Part shown: positions 25,528 through 41,307 of the stretch, piece after piece
How the letters are laid out: every line of letters starts with the position of its first letter
Numbering within the stretch: position 1 is the stretch's first letter
Source: Octopus vulgaris
Lineage: Eukaryota
DNA length: 64,000 bases
Assembly (NCBI GenBank): GCA_951406725.2
Contig: OX597830.1
Span: 29,388,001-29,452,000, forward strand
Reading direction: 5' to 3'
The notes under the pieces: generated by a model
What the model was told of the DNA's origin: nothing
What the model saw: the letters and a program-made list of their open reading frames with translations, nothing else
The model's database searches: none
Translations under genes and position numbers: made by a program

Positions 25528-26589
25528 GAAAATGAGAGGTGGTAGTGATGACATTTTAAGCTCTTAGGAACTAAGTAAGCCAAACTAAATGCAAAATAAA
25601 TTTTTCAGATCAAGCCATAGCTGGTTTATGTAAAATAATTATTTTGTGAGTGTACAATCTGTTTCGTTTCAAGAGAATGAATAGATGAGGCTAAACACAG
25701 AAAGAAAATCCGATAAATCCTCATTCAGAGGAAGAAGACTTAGCAAAAGTATAGGAGAAATTACGTTAATGTAATATCTATGAAGGATAGGTTTGAAAAC
25801 AGTTAGCCATTAGAGTTGGAAGTCTTGGAAAAATCAGATTTAATAAATTTCATTATAAACAGATGTAGGAAGCTAGATATTGTTGGAGAGGGAATAAATT
25901 TGTTACTATGTTGAGAACAGTTAATTGTTAGTGAGAACTGTTGATATGAAAATTAATTTAGTCTAATTAAAATGTAATTCTGTGTAAATGTATGAAATAG
26001 TTTTTGAAGGAACTTTCATAATATGACTAAATAAATGAAAAATAATAATTTATGATACGAAAGTAGAAATTTTAAAACGGTTACAGAAATCTAAGAAGAA
26101 AATGTATAAAGTCTTTAATGTACATTAAGAAATTAAGACGATTATGTATGTTTGTGATATAAGAGCGTTAAGTATGGTATATAATACTTGAATTAAAATA
26201 AAATAAATTAATGTATATAAATGTAAATTTTAAATTTTTACCTATGGAAAACATTGTCGAATACTAAATATGTAAAGGAGACTGACTATATTTCTTTTCT
26301 AAATTGTTAAGTGGATCGGAGAGTCGGGTAAAGGGAAATAATTGACTTAATTAAAATTGTCGCAAATTTTATCTGAGAAAGGAAATTTGAAAACAAAAAT
26401 GGAAAGAAAAGTAATGTTTGGGTAAAATGAATATATGGATGTATTAGTTTAAGTAATTAAATATATTAAAAGTAGATCGATGTGTTTATAAATTTTATTG
26501 AGAAATAAGATGAAATAATAGGTGCAAGCATGCTAATATAGTAATGTAACACGCTTTGCAAAGACTTGGTTTCACGTTCATTCCTATTG

Positions 26590-27125
26590 CTAGCGCCAGG
26601 CGTAATTTAGGTTAAGTAAAACATGTTTGTGTCATATTTCAACTACTATAAGGCAAATTCACAGCCAGTTACTGTAGAGAAGTTATCTTTCTTACGGTAA
26701 AAGGTGTGAAAACACCCAATTTCTTAAGTGTCGCCATTTATCAGGATACCCAAACAGCAATGTTCCAAGTTAGTTGGCTTTTATCAATGAGAAGTACCTA
26801 AGAGAAGTAACTCTGAACAAATGCTATAAAGCAGTAGCTTTATGTAAATTACAGTTAACAGCGTTGACTGATTTGCGCTGGGAAATCGACCGATCGCGTA
26901 AAATAATGAAATATTAGCGCCAATAGGGTGTTTTCACACCTTTTTACTATAAGAGAAATATTTTCTCTATGGTGATTGCAGTGAATTTGTCTTTTAGCAG
27001 TCTAAATTTGCCACAAACATATTTAAACTTTATTTATGCCGAAACACTGCTTGGCGCTCATATTTCGCTATTTTTCACGATCGGGTGATCTACCACGGCA
27101 ACTCATTTAACGTTGTTGAATAATT
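26590..27125. mobile_element. pLTR-like unit in direct plus inverted arrangement with a decayed hammerhead
   Basis: Homologous to 12347-12600 and 13620-13738; 26925-27125 is an inverted copy; minus strand 26747-26793 reads TTGATAA-AAG..CTT-GGAA-CATTGCTG-TT. Confidence 0.7.
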
Positions 27126-27474
27126 GACGACTACCCTATCAAAATTATTGATGCGAAATCAAGGGTTCTAAAGCAAAGAAATGCATGAAATAAATGTGGT
27201 GTATTTTAAACTTAATTAGCACCAGAAAGAAATTGTACCTCCTCTGTGAAACTTAGATTTATGTAAATGTTACTTTTGTCTCTAAAAGAAATCCAGATGG
27301 CCACGAGCTATTCAGCTGCTAGCAAAGTCATGTTGCTGAATATTGTAAACAGAAAGATTAAATAAGAAACCCTTATGAAATTTAAAAATCAAGAATTACA
27401 AAATATTGCGCATCAATAATGCTTTAGTGTAATATTAGTAATCTCTTAATTCAGAAACACTCGCATCAGCACAT

Positions 27475-28495
27475 ACTAGGTTGAGTCAAATGGGTCTTTT
27501 TCTGTGCTTCTATCTTTAATTAATAGTTCAAACAACTTAAATACGAAAAGCGTTTATTCATCAAAATATATCCCGTTGTATTATTTCGTTTACTACTACT
27601 GTTGAGCCAAATGCTCAGTTCCACGCCTATGATATTCATCTGGGTTAAAGGCAAACTTTTCCATCGCCCGTTTTCTGCCTCATCCGAATTTTTGAACCTC
27701 CGTCCGTGCAAGAAATGAACCATTGCTCGGAGAAGTTGGAATTCTGATAGTACAAGGTTTGGACTGTAGGCAGTGTGTGCTTAGACATTGTCAAGCTGCA
27801 GAAGCGTGCTCTTCGATTGACCCAACCGGTTAGCGGCCTATCAACGAATCATGTATTCAATGTAGCTGTTAAGCATAAAGCTTACCATTGACATCTGTGT
27901 CAAGCTCAAAGAGCAACACCCCCTCAAAATTCCACCAAGCACACAACATCACATTCTGTTCAAGCTGCCCTTGTTTGAAACAAGTTTCTTGAGCCTGATA
28001 TGAACGAAGCCACCGATTTCTCTTATTTCGAGGCTTACATAAATCCATATCTTTTATCTCTACTTACAATTTGACGTCAAAAATAGGCTTCTTTAGTATT
28101 TACCTGTTGCTTGTAACTGTTCACACGTCTTTGAGCCTGGTCACTGGTTTGTTCATGAGGAGCTTTTCAATAGCGTCTGTTCACAGGGCCAAGCTTAAGG
28201 AGTGTCAATTGATGCTGCTTTTCTGAAAGACCAAAATCTGCCGATAATGTAGGAATGCTTGAGCGTTTCTCAAACATATCAAGAAAGGCCACACTTTCCA
28301 CAATTGGTGTTCTTGAACTCAGCGCTCGTTGACAGTTCTTGGGCCTTTCATATAATTAATTTCTTTTGCCGCTGCCATTACACTCAGTCCTTTCCAAGGG
28401 TAGAGACCGTAAATGACTCTAATTGCAATTTTTCATTAGTCTTTTTTTTTTCACTTGCTAAGTATCAAAATTACTCATCCACTCAATCCAAACTA
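27475..28495 (-). mobile_element. Mariner transposon, decayed
   Basis: AYSPNLVLSEFQLLRAMVHFLHGRRFKNSDEAENG (YSPDLAPSD-like motif) and N-terminal ..WKGLSVMAAAKEIN..TVNER; many stops. Confidence 0.8.
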
Positions 28496-29320
28496 CTCAT
28501 CCGTTCAATATTTTGGTCGTTCCGAAGCTACAGTCGACGACACTTGTCCAAGATGCCACACAAAATCATCGAAACCCGAAACTATGTGGCCCTTAGTTAA
28601 ACTTCTTATAGGACAGCCACGCCCCTACCTACATACAAACACAAGCACACACACATAAAACACACACACATATATGCATATGCACACAGATTTATACATA
28701 AATTTCATATATACATATACGCGCATATACACACATATGCTATTAAACAGTGTTATATATAACAAATTTGTGGACTGAAAATAAAATACTAAAGAACGCT
28801 TGTTTGATGTGTTAAAAGTAGGATACAGTTAGCGTTTAGATGTTGATGGGTTTAATTTATTATTCCATTATCCATGCTTTTCTCAAATAGAACTGCGGAG
28901 TCATTTTGGGCGGCAACCTAGAAATGTTGCACATAAATTATCTGCTATCTGTAAACGATACCTGAAGATGAAGTTTATGTAAAACGTTTAAAAAATTATA
29001 TGCATAAATTAACTTGTTAAATGAAATTATGAATAACCCATTTGTTGAACACTCAATTGCAGACATGTATGTGTGTTTGTCTCTGTGTGTTTGTGTGTCT
29101 GTGTGTGAGTGCATGTGTGTGTGCACGACTCTATGTGTGGCTTGAGGTATATATTACACAAACCTCAATATGCAAAACTAGTAAATATTTAGTTCATTAA
29201 ATTCAGTTAATTGGTCACAAAGTGGGTGGAATTATTAAAGCTGTTCTTCTAGGAATTGTTTGCATACCCACACACGCACGCATTCAAACACACATAAAAA
29301 CACACACACATACACACACA

Positions 29321-30030
<710 letters not shown>

Positions 30031-30394
30031 TATATATTTACATATATGTTCATTTTTTATTAATTGTTTCAGTATTTAGACGGCTGCCATGTTGGGGTAC
30101 CAACTTGAAGAATTTTATTGGTCGAATTAATCGACCCCAAAGTTTATTTCTAAAGTTGGTATTTAATCCAGCGGTCTTTTGTTTTTGTAGCTCACGGCTA
30201 GCAACTTGAGTCTCTATGAATCTGAATAAAAGTCCAAACTTAGTGAGTTGGAGCAGGTGAAATCCAAGCTGAATATGTTTCGCCATTTATTGTATCGGGG
30301 CGTTAAATTAAGGACACAGACAAAACGAGTTTTCCCAAGCGTTGGTGAGAAATCAAACGCAGAGACACATACACATAGACATAGAAAGACACAG

Positions 30395-30426
<32 letters not shown>

Positions 30427-30848
30427 CTGATGGGCTTCTTCCAGTTTCCGTCTACCAGATCCACTCAGAAGGATTTAGTCAAATCGAGAAAATAGTAGAA
30501 GATACTTTCCCAAGATGCCAAGCAGTAGGACTGAACCCAGAATCATAGTGTTTTGAAGCAAGCCCCTTACCATACAACCATGAGTGTATATCGAGATATG
30601 TGTGTGTGTGAGTATGTATAAATACCACCGAGTAAGCTAGTTATCTCAGTATTTTCACACACACACACATACACAGATACATACACACGCACACACACAC
30701 ACACACATATGTAATAGGCTCCTTTCCAACATAGTTTTTACTGATTACTTCTGAATCTCTTCCTATCTTTCTTTGAAGAATTCATTTCCTCAGACGATAT
30801 ATTTTCAAAATTCTTCCAATTTTGTCTTTATATAAACTATACAGGGTC

Positions 30849-31068
30849 GTGGAGGGTGCTGAACTGTCCCTAGCTTTAAAGATATCGCGACAACATTGTA
30901 TGGATGCCCAACAATTGAAGTTCATTTGCAGGGTTTAGGAAAACTGAAGGACCGCCGAAATAAGGGTGTGAATATGAGAGACAAATATGTTAAATAAAAT
31001 TCATTATTAACTAATCCTACTGTATCTACTTTTGCCCAACGCCAAGAACTTTTCGGCACAACCTCATA
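30849..31068 (+). mobile_element. Mariner-derived MITE
   Basis: KLKDRRNKGVNMRDKYVK* remnant; TIR-like GCCAAGAACTTTTCGGCACAACCTC; homologous to 7533-7753. Confidence 0.6.
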
Positions 31069-31215
31069 TATTTTACCCATTCAGTCTTTCCCAAGCATCA
31101 GTCTCTCACCTCTACCTCTATATATCTCAGCCTCCTGTTTACCTTTGTTCCCTCTTCCCCCACTCTCTTTCACTCACTCTCCCGATCTTTCTCTGCCAAT
31201 TTCTTTCATTCTCTG

Positions 31216-31261
<46 letters not shown>

Positions 31262-32129
31262 TTCTTCACTACCTCTGTTCTTCAGTCTTTTTTCTTTTCG
31301 CACTTATGTCTCACTGGCAATCTGCTGGTGGTTTGTGTATTTTATTTGTAAGCGTTATAGACTTAAAGATGACGTAATAAGAATACATGAAAATTAAAAC
31401 AAAATAATTAGATAAATAAAAAAAAAAGACAAACAAAATGAAGAATGCATATTAATCAAATAAAGAGAAGAATGTAAAACGAAAAGAAAATAGAGGAGCA
31501 AGGGTGGTTACAGACTGACAGAAATGCAAATAGCAATAACAAAGAGAAATGTCAACAAGTTAAATATCCAATTTCTTCCAATAAGAAACAAAAGCAAAAA
31601 AAAAAGAAGCAAAAAACACAAGACAAAACAAATGAGACAAAAAACACCAGAAAACACATTATATTACATACTGTTTCGAAATCTACTTTTCTAATCAAAA
31701 CAAAGTCTTTATTTTTATAACACACTCATACAGCCATACACATACACACAAACATACACACTCAGACACACGTATATACACCAAGTGATAGAAAGGCATG
31801 TATTCACGTATGTATGTATATATGTGGGTGCCTAGATTTTTCTTTGGTTTTGATATTTCTTTTCGGTGTTCTATATTGAGGCTTCGTAATGCCAACTATC
31901 CGTCTAGTGATATTCGTAATATAAGCATTTATATGTTTATTATTACACTCCGGTGGATACCAATGTAAGCGTATAATAGTTATCAATACGTCTATATACG
32001 AAATATATGTACGTATGTATATGTGTGTCTGTGTGTAAGTGCACTTGTACACATACACATATATACATATACAACTATATACATACATTTGTGTGTGCTT
32101 AGACACACACACACACACACACACATACA

Positions 32130-32192
<63 letters not shown>

Positions 32193-32361
32193 ATATACAA
32201 TACACACACAGACACACAAATTCATATTAAGAAATAATTGAGATTCAGTTGAATTAGGTACTTAAGTTGATGCATCAAGTCAATCGGCTATTATCCGCAC
32301 AGTTCGAGCTATATACATACATACATACACACATACATACATACATACATACATACATACA

Positions 32362-32432
<71 letters not shown>

Positions 32433-32451
32433 TCAAGTGTACATATATATG

Positions 32452-32490
<39 letters not shown>

Positions 32491-32896
32491 ACGCACACAC
32501 ACACACACATATATATATATTAATGCATGCATATATATGTCCAGAGAGAGCGAGAAAGCGAGAGAAACAAACAGACAGACAGACAGACAGACAGACCGAC
32601 TGGAAGAGCAAAAAGAAGGAGTGATAATGGGAATTTATAGAGTGTCACCTGTGCCTTTGAAAACTTTTGCGCAACTTTAAAACTTGTAAGAAATTACTGT
32701 AGTTCCCATGCTTCAGGTTCAATATTTTTAATATGATATATGCATAACCCAAAGACATACAAGTGGTTTCGTCGGAATCAAACCTAATGAACTGTACTAC
32801 ATTCAGTCCTTCTATATTACAAATACATGTGTGTGTGTTTACATACACACACACACATTTCTCAGAGGTATTGAAATCCAGAAGACCCAAGCTAGC

Positions 32897-32985
<89 letters not shown>

Positions 32986-32987
<2 letters not shown>

Positions 32988-33395
32988 CGTAGGAGTAGCT
33001 GTGTGGTTAGTAGCTTGCAAACCAACCACATGGTTCGGGTTCAGTCCCACTGCGTGGCTTCTTGGGCAAGTGTCTTCTGTTATAGCCTCGGGCCGATCAA
33101 TGCCTTGTGAGTGGATTTGGTAGACGGAAACTGAAAGAAGCCTGTCGTATATATGTATATATATATATATATGTGTGTCTGTGTGTGTGTTTGTCCCCCA
33201 AGCATTGCTTGACAACCGATGCTGGTGTGTTTACGTCCCGGTCACTTAGCGGTTCGGCAAAAGATACCGATGGAATAAGTACTGGGCTTACAAAGAATAG
33301 GTCCCGGGGTCGATTTGCTCGTCTAAAGGCGGTGCTCCAGCATGGCCGCAGTCAAATGACTGAAACAAGTAAAAGAGTAAAAGAGTAAAGAGTAA
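32986..33395 (+). mobile_element. SINE family B, near intact
   Basis: Full head, body and short AAGAGT tandem tail. Confidence 0.9.
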
Positions 33396-33400
33396 ATATA

Positions 33401-33451
<51 letters not shown>

Positions 33452-33474
33452 TATATATATACATATATATATAT

Positions 33475-33675
33475 GGAGGCGCAAAGGCCCAGTGGTTAGG
33501 GCAGCGGACTCGCTGTAGTAGGATCGCGATTTCGATTCCCAGACCGTATGTTGTGAGTGTTTCTTGAGCGAAAACACCTAAAGCTCCACAAGGGTCCGAC
33601 AGGGTGTGGTGGCGCTCCTTGCTGTACTCTTTCGCCACAACTTTCTCTCACTCATTCTTCTGTTAGCCTGGTCGA
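33475..33675 (+). mobile_element. tRNA-derived SINE family C
   Basis: GGAGGCGCAAAGGCCCAGTGGTTAGGGCAGCGGACTCG..TTCGATTCCCAGACC (A and B boxes); homologous to 48180-48380 and 61380-61557. Confidence 0.85.
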
Positions 33676-33998
33676 TTTTTCTCCCTCCCCTCACTTAGCG
33701 GTCATTCAAATAGCTCTTTTGTCTTAATAACGGTCAATCACAAAGTAATTTCCGTTTGTATAACGGTAATCTTCCATAGTAGTTTTCCGATGACCAGATA
33801 ACTGAAGAGATGACGGCGTGGATTTCCACCTCGGCATCCGAAACTCGGAGTCTTATCATGGCTACCGCGCAATTGTCACATATTACAATTACAAATAAAT
33901 TCCGCTATTTACATAATATCGATTTTTCTTTCATTCTTTTGTTGTCTTACCATTTTTATCAATATATGTATGTATGTATATATATATATACATACATA

Positions 33999-34039
<41 letters not shown>

Positions 34040-34103
34040 TATACATATACATATATATGGATATATAAGAGAGAGTAAAAGAGTAAAAGTGAGAGTATAT
34101 GTA

Positions 34104-34145
<42 letters not shown>

Positions 34146-34321
34146 CATATGTATATATATATGTATATATATATACATTAATAGTAAAAAGATAAAGAGA
34201 TATAAGTAAAAAATTTCAAATATAATATGCAATTATAAAACTGATATAAAGGCAGGTATAAATGAGGCATTACAAGATGCCCACGGCCTAGAGAATTAAA
34301 TTAAATTTGTTATAATTGGAA

Positions 34322-34354
<33 letters not shown>

Positions 34355-34400
34355 CATATGTATATATATATATATATAGATATATATATATATATATATA

Positions 34401-34845
34401 GGCGCAGGAGTGGCTGTGTGGTAAGTAGCTTGTTTACCAGCCACATGGTTCCGGGTTCAGTCCACTGCGTGGCACCTTGGGTAAGTGTCTTCCACTATAG
34501 CCTCGGGCCGACCAAAGCCTTGTGAGTGGATTTGGTAGACGGAAACTGAAAGAACCTCGTCGTATATATGTATATATATATATGATTTCTTTATTAAACA
34601 AACATATGTATATATATATATGCGTGTGTGTGTTTGTCCTCCTAGCATTGTTTGACAACCAATGCTGGTGTGTTTATGTCCCCGTTACTTAGCGGTTCGG
34701 CAAAAGAGACCGATAGAATAAGTACTGGGCTTACAAAAGAATAAGTCCCGGGGTCGAGTTGCTCGATTAAAAAAAAAAAAGGTGGTGATCCAGCATGGCC
34801 GCAGTCAAATGACTGAAACAAGTTAAAGAATTAAAGAATTAAAGA

Positions 34846-34847
<2 letters not shown>
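34401..34847 (+). mobile_element. SINE family B, near intact
   Basis: Very similar to 22287-22738; AAGAATT tandem tail. Confidence 0.9.
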
Positions 34848-34888
<41 letters not shown>

Positions 34889-35248
34889 AAAAATATATAC
34901 AGATATGTACGTGTATGTGTGCGTGTGAGCGTGTGTGTGTGCGTGTATGTCTACGCATATACACCTAAGGGGCGATTTGAAAACTAATGTTTTTCATAAA
35001 CCAGGTAAAGCGCATGTTATAAATACAATCTGTAAGCGGAACAGTTAAATTATGCAAGTGTTTTCTAAAGTTCAAGATGTGACATTGATTTCGGTAGCAG
35101 TGTTGCAACAACGGAGCTCTGTATTTGAAACCAGCTCCATTTTTACAAGAACAATTCAAATAATTAAAAAGAAGTGAATATACATAACAATAAAATAAAA
35201 AGACACACAATGTTTATTGTTAGATAATATTGTTATATGTACTGAGAG

Positions 35249-35279
<31 letters not shown>

Positions 35280-36912
35280 AAGAAAGTGAGAGAGATAGAG
35301 GGGTGGAGCGCTGTATTAGAAAAACAAATGATTTAGGAATGAATTTTCGAAGCGATCCGTATTATATAAATATTGTATTACTCATTATTTTTCTCATTTC
35401 TTGTTTCTTTGTAAAATAACGCAAGCTTTCAAAATTTCGAAGCAGAAATAGCACAAGAAACCAGAGTTTAATCTCCCCCTTTAAAAATTAAATACACACT
35501 AGGAGATTCTGGATCAACAACACCACTGTGAATCGATTATTTTTTTTACATATGACTGTAAGGAAAACATTGTTACCTTTATTTACGTAATTCAGTAAAT
35601 TATATTTATCAGCTCAAGATATAGCACAGGCGGATGAGAAAAAAAAATACGAGAAAACAGGAGACACAATACAGAAAAACATTCTTGAGGACTCGTCAGT
35701 TATCGATCAACCCTTATCACAATGTCGTTACCTACCGTTATCTATCAATCTATCTATCTTCTGTACTATATGCACACACACGTACACACACACACACACA
35801 CGCTCGCGCATAGTCGCGCGCAAATACACATAATCAATCACATTTATATTGTTGCGGAAATATTTCTTAATATGTTACCACAGATCTCTCCAATCATATC
35901 TGGATCTGAAAAGATGATGGTTTTATAAAGCGCATTGCACTAATACAACAGGCGCTCGCACTTACATCAGTAACACTTGAGGAGTGTGATTTTTCTCTCA
36001 GCGAGATTTATGGTATCAAGTTTCACTCTTGGGGAATTGTAAATAATAGATCAGCATTGTTGAATTCTTGCTGACACTTCCACATACCAAATGCCTAGTA
36101 AATTTTACTCCCACATAATGGCTTTCCCATGTTTTGAAGACTTGCTGCATATAATTAATAATCCAACAAACACACACACTCACAGACTTATATACATACA
36201 CACACACACACACAGACACACACGTACACATACTCATATATGTATACATATACATATATGTAGACTTATACACATATATACATATAGTGAGACGGTGAGA
36301 GCGAGAGAGCGAGAAAATGTATATAATGTATATATACGTATGTATATATCCACGCACACCTAGTTTACTTCCTTACGTGTGATGTGCATTTATGATACAC
36401 ATGATATCAAATCATTCACGTGAAGTGCTGAATATACCAAAAAAAAAAAAGAATTAACCTGCATTTTGGGTGTGATCAATGTATGAAATAGTATGCCACG
36501 CACTTTAAAGAACGTTTCTGCTAATATTCAACTCCCGATGTACTGTTGGCTATTAATATTTCGAGTAATCCATGATAGTACTGAATCTATACTGTTACAC
36601 AGCTTACATATTGCGTGCCTTTTTCAAGATTTAAAATTCCAAGAAAGAAGAATTTCAGGAAATATATAAACAGTTATTATTAAAAATACATACACACGCA
36701 CACAAAGGCATACGCACACACATACACACGTACACACGTACACACACTCACATAAACCTGGCGATGTTGCTTTGTAATGCTCCTTTAGTTCAAACCAGTT
36801 GATTGTGAGTTCGAACACAGCTAGAGGCGGTTTCATTTTTTTCATGATTTTAACAAAACAAACACTAAAACTAATATCAAGCGCGCAAAGAATTTCTGGG
36901 GAAAATTTGTAG

Positions 36913-36995
<83 letters not shown>

Positions 36996-37914
36996 TACAC
37001 ATACACACACACAGAAAGATCTGTGTATAAAACGCTTTCGTTCTTTGTTTCAAGTGCTTATATACCCTCGAGCTGACGTACTCTAAATTATGGCATCCTT
37101 GGACCTAGTATCATGTCTAGGCCGTGAAATCCGGGAGAGAAATGCTGCTGGTGCTAATATTTAATGGACTTAGCTGTGTGCAAGGGCCTGTGTATGAGTA
37201 TGATAGTTTGAGTGAGCGTGTGAAGGAACAAGGGCTTAAGAAGAGGGATTGTAAAATATTTAAGAGAAATTTGAATCTACTGTTTGAATTTTAAGTTACC
37301 CTAAAATCTCAGGAATTCTTTCGAATTTTGACATGAGGACAGCAAAATTATAATGGTAAATTTGTCGGTAACTTCGATTCCAGTTCACGACTGCAACAAT
37401 TTTTCTATTGATCTGCTGGAAATCAATTCTCACAAAAGAGCAACATCATTTGAGGACAAATGGAAAAATAATAGGTAGAAATCTCATTCAGGATCAGACA
37501 AAAATAATGAGACCGCAGGACAGAAGAAAAACCCATGTGGAAAAAGTGGCATGAAAAGAAGGAGGAGGAGCAGAAGAAGAAGAAGATAAAGAGGAACAAC
37601 AATAACAACAATACCAAGAGCAAAAATAACAACATTAACTACAAGAGGAAGGGAAGAATGACATGCATGATAATATAGCCTGAAGAAATAAGAGAATCCG
37701 ATGGAAACAAGCACAAGTGTTGTTTTCGACTAATGAAAGCTAACCCAAACGTCCTGCATAACTTCATTTTTCTAGCAATTCTGGAAACGCCTAATGTTAT
37801 CTTTAGATGATAAACGTGGCAATAAAATTGCCCCCTCTTCCTCTCACTCAGGCCCATGCATATAACTGCATATATAAATACATATATACATATATAAATA
37901 CATATATACACACA

Positions 37915-37970
<56 letters not shown>

Positions 37971-37977
37971 TATATAC

Positions 37978-38008
<31 letters not shown>

Positions 38009-38167
38009 AATACATATATATATATACATATATATATATAAATACATACATATATATATATATACATACATATATATATATAAATACATACATATATATA
38101 TATATATATATATGTATGTATATATAATGTATGAGTCTATACCTATAAGTGTACACATTTATATGTC

Positions 38168-38210
<43 letters not shown>

Positions 38211-39104
38211 TATATATATATATATTCATATATATACGCACATACATATCTATATATATGTATGCATACATATATATGTATATAAATGTGTAAGCGTGTG
38301 CTTCTATATAAATGTTTGTAGAAATGCATGTCTGTGTATTTGTTGTATGTATTCGTATCTATGCGTGCGAGCACATTATAGAAAAGAAGATGAATACGGA
38401 GAATAGAACTTGAAATAAAAGAAATTAACAAATAATGGTACTCCGTCTGTTACGACGACGAGCCTCACAGTTGATCAAATTCACCGTACAACATTCTGAA
38501 ATGAATATGCAAGTGTCTGAGTGGTCCACAGACATACATACCATTAACGTAGTTCTCAGGTAGAATAGGCGGAAAACGAAATGTTACAAGGCTTGGCATT
38601 AGAAGAAAAAAATACAGCTCTTTGCAATCTAAGTGGACAGAAGTAACGTGAAATAGAATTTCTGTCTCAATGATACAACGCGCCACTGACAATCGAACGT
38701 AGTATCTAAAAATCGGTGAGCCGAATAACCTAACCACTAACCCAAGCGATGGCATGAACGTAATAACGTATTTAATACAAACGAAATAAAACCAGATAAA
38801 GACAAATGCAGTATACGAGTGTACATCCTGTAACCTACACTTCCAAACTAGGAAGCAAATTCTAGGAATAAAATTCTTAGCAGATTAAACAGGCGCAAGC
38901 AATGTTGAGTTCTGCAGAGACGTGTTTTCGGTTTCAGACCCGTTGCGTGGCACCTCAGAAAAGTGTCTTTTAATATAAGCCATCCAAAGGCCATCTGTAT
39001 GAATTTGGCATACAGAAAATGAGTAGGCACACATACACACACAGTTGCCTGCATAATTCAGTTGGTAGAGTATCACATTTCACATGTACTCCTGCATATA
39101 TATA

Positions 39105-39240
39105 TTTATTATATTTAAATGGAGTCAAAAGGAAGAGGGAGTACGATTCGACAGCTATTTAATGAAGACTACATATGTTTCTAAGGGTAAACGAGCTCTA
39201 TTTTGTACTCTAATACGTTCTTAACGGAATACTCCTCGAC
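39105..39240 (-). repeat. Partial copy of the 13768 fold-back family with a hammerhead 3' half
   Basis: GAGTCAA..GGAGTACGATTCGACAGCTA resembles GAGTCAACAAGGAGTACGGTTGGACAGCTA; minus strand GAAA-CATATG-TA at 39170-39181. Confidence 0.6.
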
Positions 39241-39248
39241 TATATATA

Positions 39249-40543
39249 CAGGGGATTGACAAAGTAATGGAAACACCTTAAAATTCCAAACAAATTGATT
39301 TTAATATGTGGTAGAACTGCCTTTGGCAGTGATTAGAGTTTGAATTCTACGAGCTATTGGCTCGTACATAGTTTGATTTGTTTCCAAACGAAGTTTTGAC
39401 CACTTGTCATCTAAAACAGTCTCCATTTTGACGATTTTCAGCTAAACAGTTCATGATTGTGGAGGATATCAACGCATTGTTTGTTTTCTTAAAATGCATC
39501 ATAAATGTTCAATAATATTGAGCTCTGGTGACTCTGGTTGACAGATAAGATGTTCAACTTCACTAGAATGTTCTTCATGCCATTCAGTAACAAACTTAGC
39601 TGTGCGAATTGGTGCATTATCATCCTGCAAGGTTGCTTTTCCTTCCGGAAACAGCTGCGCAACCATAAGATGTATTTGATCAGGTAAACTGCTTAAACCG
39701 TCTTGACTATTAATTCTGACATGAAGGGAAGCCATTTGGCTGGCGAATTTCCAATATATCCCACCCCACGCCAGATCATCACATATCCTCCTCCATGTTT
39801 AATAGCAAGAAGTAGGCAGTCTGGGTCAAATGCTTCTTTTAGTTGTCTCCACACGTATACTCGGCCGGTGGTCGAAAATAAGATAAAGGAAGACTCTTCC
39901 AAGAAAATAACATTCTTCCACTGCTCTAGGGATAAATTCTGTAGGTTTTTACTCCACTCTAAACGCTTTCCAACGTTTGGTTTTGAAAGTAGTAGTTTTC
40001 TGATTGTAGCCCTCCCATAAAATCCGGCTTTGTGCAGCTCCCGGCGAACAGATTTTGTGGAAACTGGTTTCTCGATGTGGTCATTAAGCTCTGCAGTAAT
40101 ATTGGGAGCTGTACTTTTATGATCCTTCCTAACAATTCGTGTAAGAATCCGATGGTCCTTATCTGAAATTTGTGGTTTTCTTCTGAAGTTTTGTTTCGAC
40201 AAGGAGCTTTTTCTGTCTTTCTCAAAGGCTGTCATTAGTTTCGAGGCAGTACTTCTTGATAAACCAAATATTTCGGCTGCTTTCGTTACGCTAGCACCTG
40301 CCATACGAGCACCAACTATTTGGCCTCTTTGAAAGTCCGATAGATCTGGCATTTTAATGAGTTTTAATTACCTTTTTCTGATGATATCGGAAAAGAATAA
40401 GCAATTTTAGCAAAACATATTCAGCAATACTAGTAATAAATTTTTAAAAAAACATCAAAAATGAAGATTTTGACGCTTATATAGCTATTTCAAAATTACG
40501 ATGCTATGATGCTAGGTGTTTCCATTATTTTGTCCAACCCTTG
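39249..40543 (-). mobile_element. Tc1-like transposon, full length but defective
   Basis: TIRs CAGGGGATTGACAAAGTAATGGAAACACCT / AGGTGTTTCCATTATTTTGTCCAACCCTTG with TA flanks; ORF 39693-40352 (MPDLSDFQRGQIVGARMAG..KHGGGYVMIW) frameshifts to 39499-39735 (QDDNAP..SPELNIIEHL). Confidence 0.95.
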
Positions 40544-41271
40544 TATATGTGTGTGTGCGCGCGCGTGTGTTTATATGCGTGTGTGTATTTATGTATATAT
40601 AATACACATATATACATATATAGATACATGTGTGCGTGTTTGTACTATACATAATTTAACAGCTGTTGTTGGTTCACTAATTGCCTTGTAAACTAGCAGT
40701 TCGGGGGAAAGGGAACGACTGCTAAGAAAAAGGACCAGAAAGAATAGCTGGGTTCAGTTTTTGCCGACTAAAACCCTTCAATGCTGTGCCCAGCATGCCT
40801 GCAATCCAATGACTGAAGAGAGTAATTAAGATTAAAATTAAAGAGAAGGCGTAGTACCATTCTAACTAACACATCTTTAGTGCACACACATACTATGAAC
40901 TAAATTCTAAATAGAAAACAAATAATTATAGTAAATAACAAAGTATTACACAAACAATTTGAATGTATAAATAAATTAGTAACATAAATATAAAATAAAA
41001 GCTGATGTGTGAACGTCATACATTGGTGGAAGTTTAAGAAAAATACTCGGTTATCTGGCGAATATATTCTAATTATATATTTCTTTCTCGTTAGCTGGAA
41101 TTGTCTGAGAGGGTATTTAATCATTTTTTTAAACCTACCCTCTCCCAACTCTACACAGAAACCGAACCGTACCCCGGTATTATCTTCGTCTTATCACAGT
41201 TTGTTGGCGGCCTCTGCAAAAAATAAACACAAAAAACCCCAGCTCTTTTCTTACTCGAAAGAAATGTTTTA

Positions 41272-41307
<36 letters not shown>

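Noticed and set aside
25645-25735. GAAA-CAGATTG-TA on the minus strand with a distant CTGAATGA
   Set aside because: Stems I and II cannot be formed consistently
33475-33550. tRNA-like sequence with A and B boxes
   Set aside because: It continues into a SINE body found in several copies; it is not a tRNA gene
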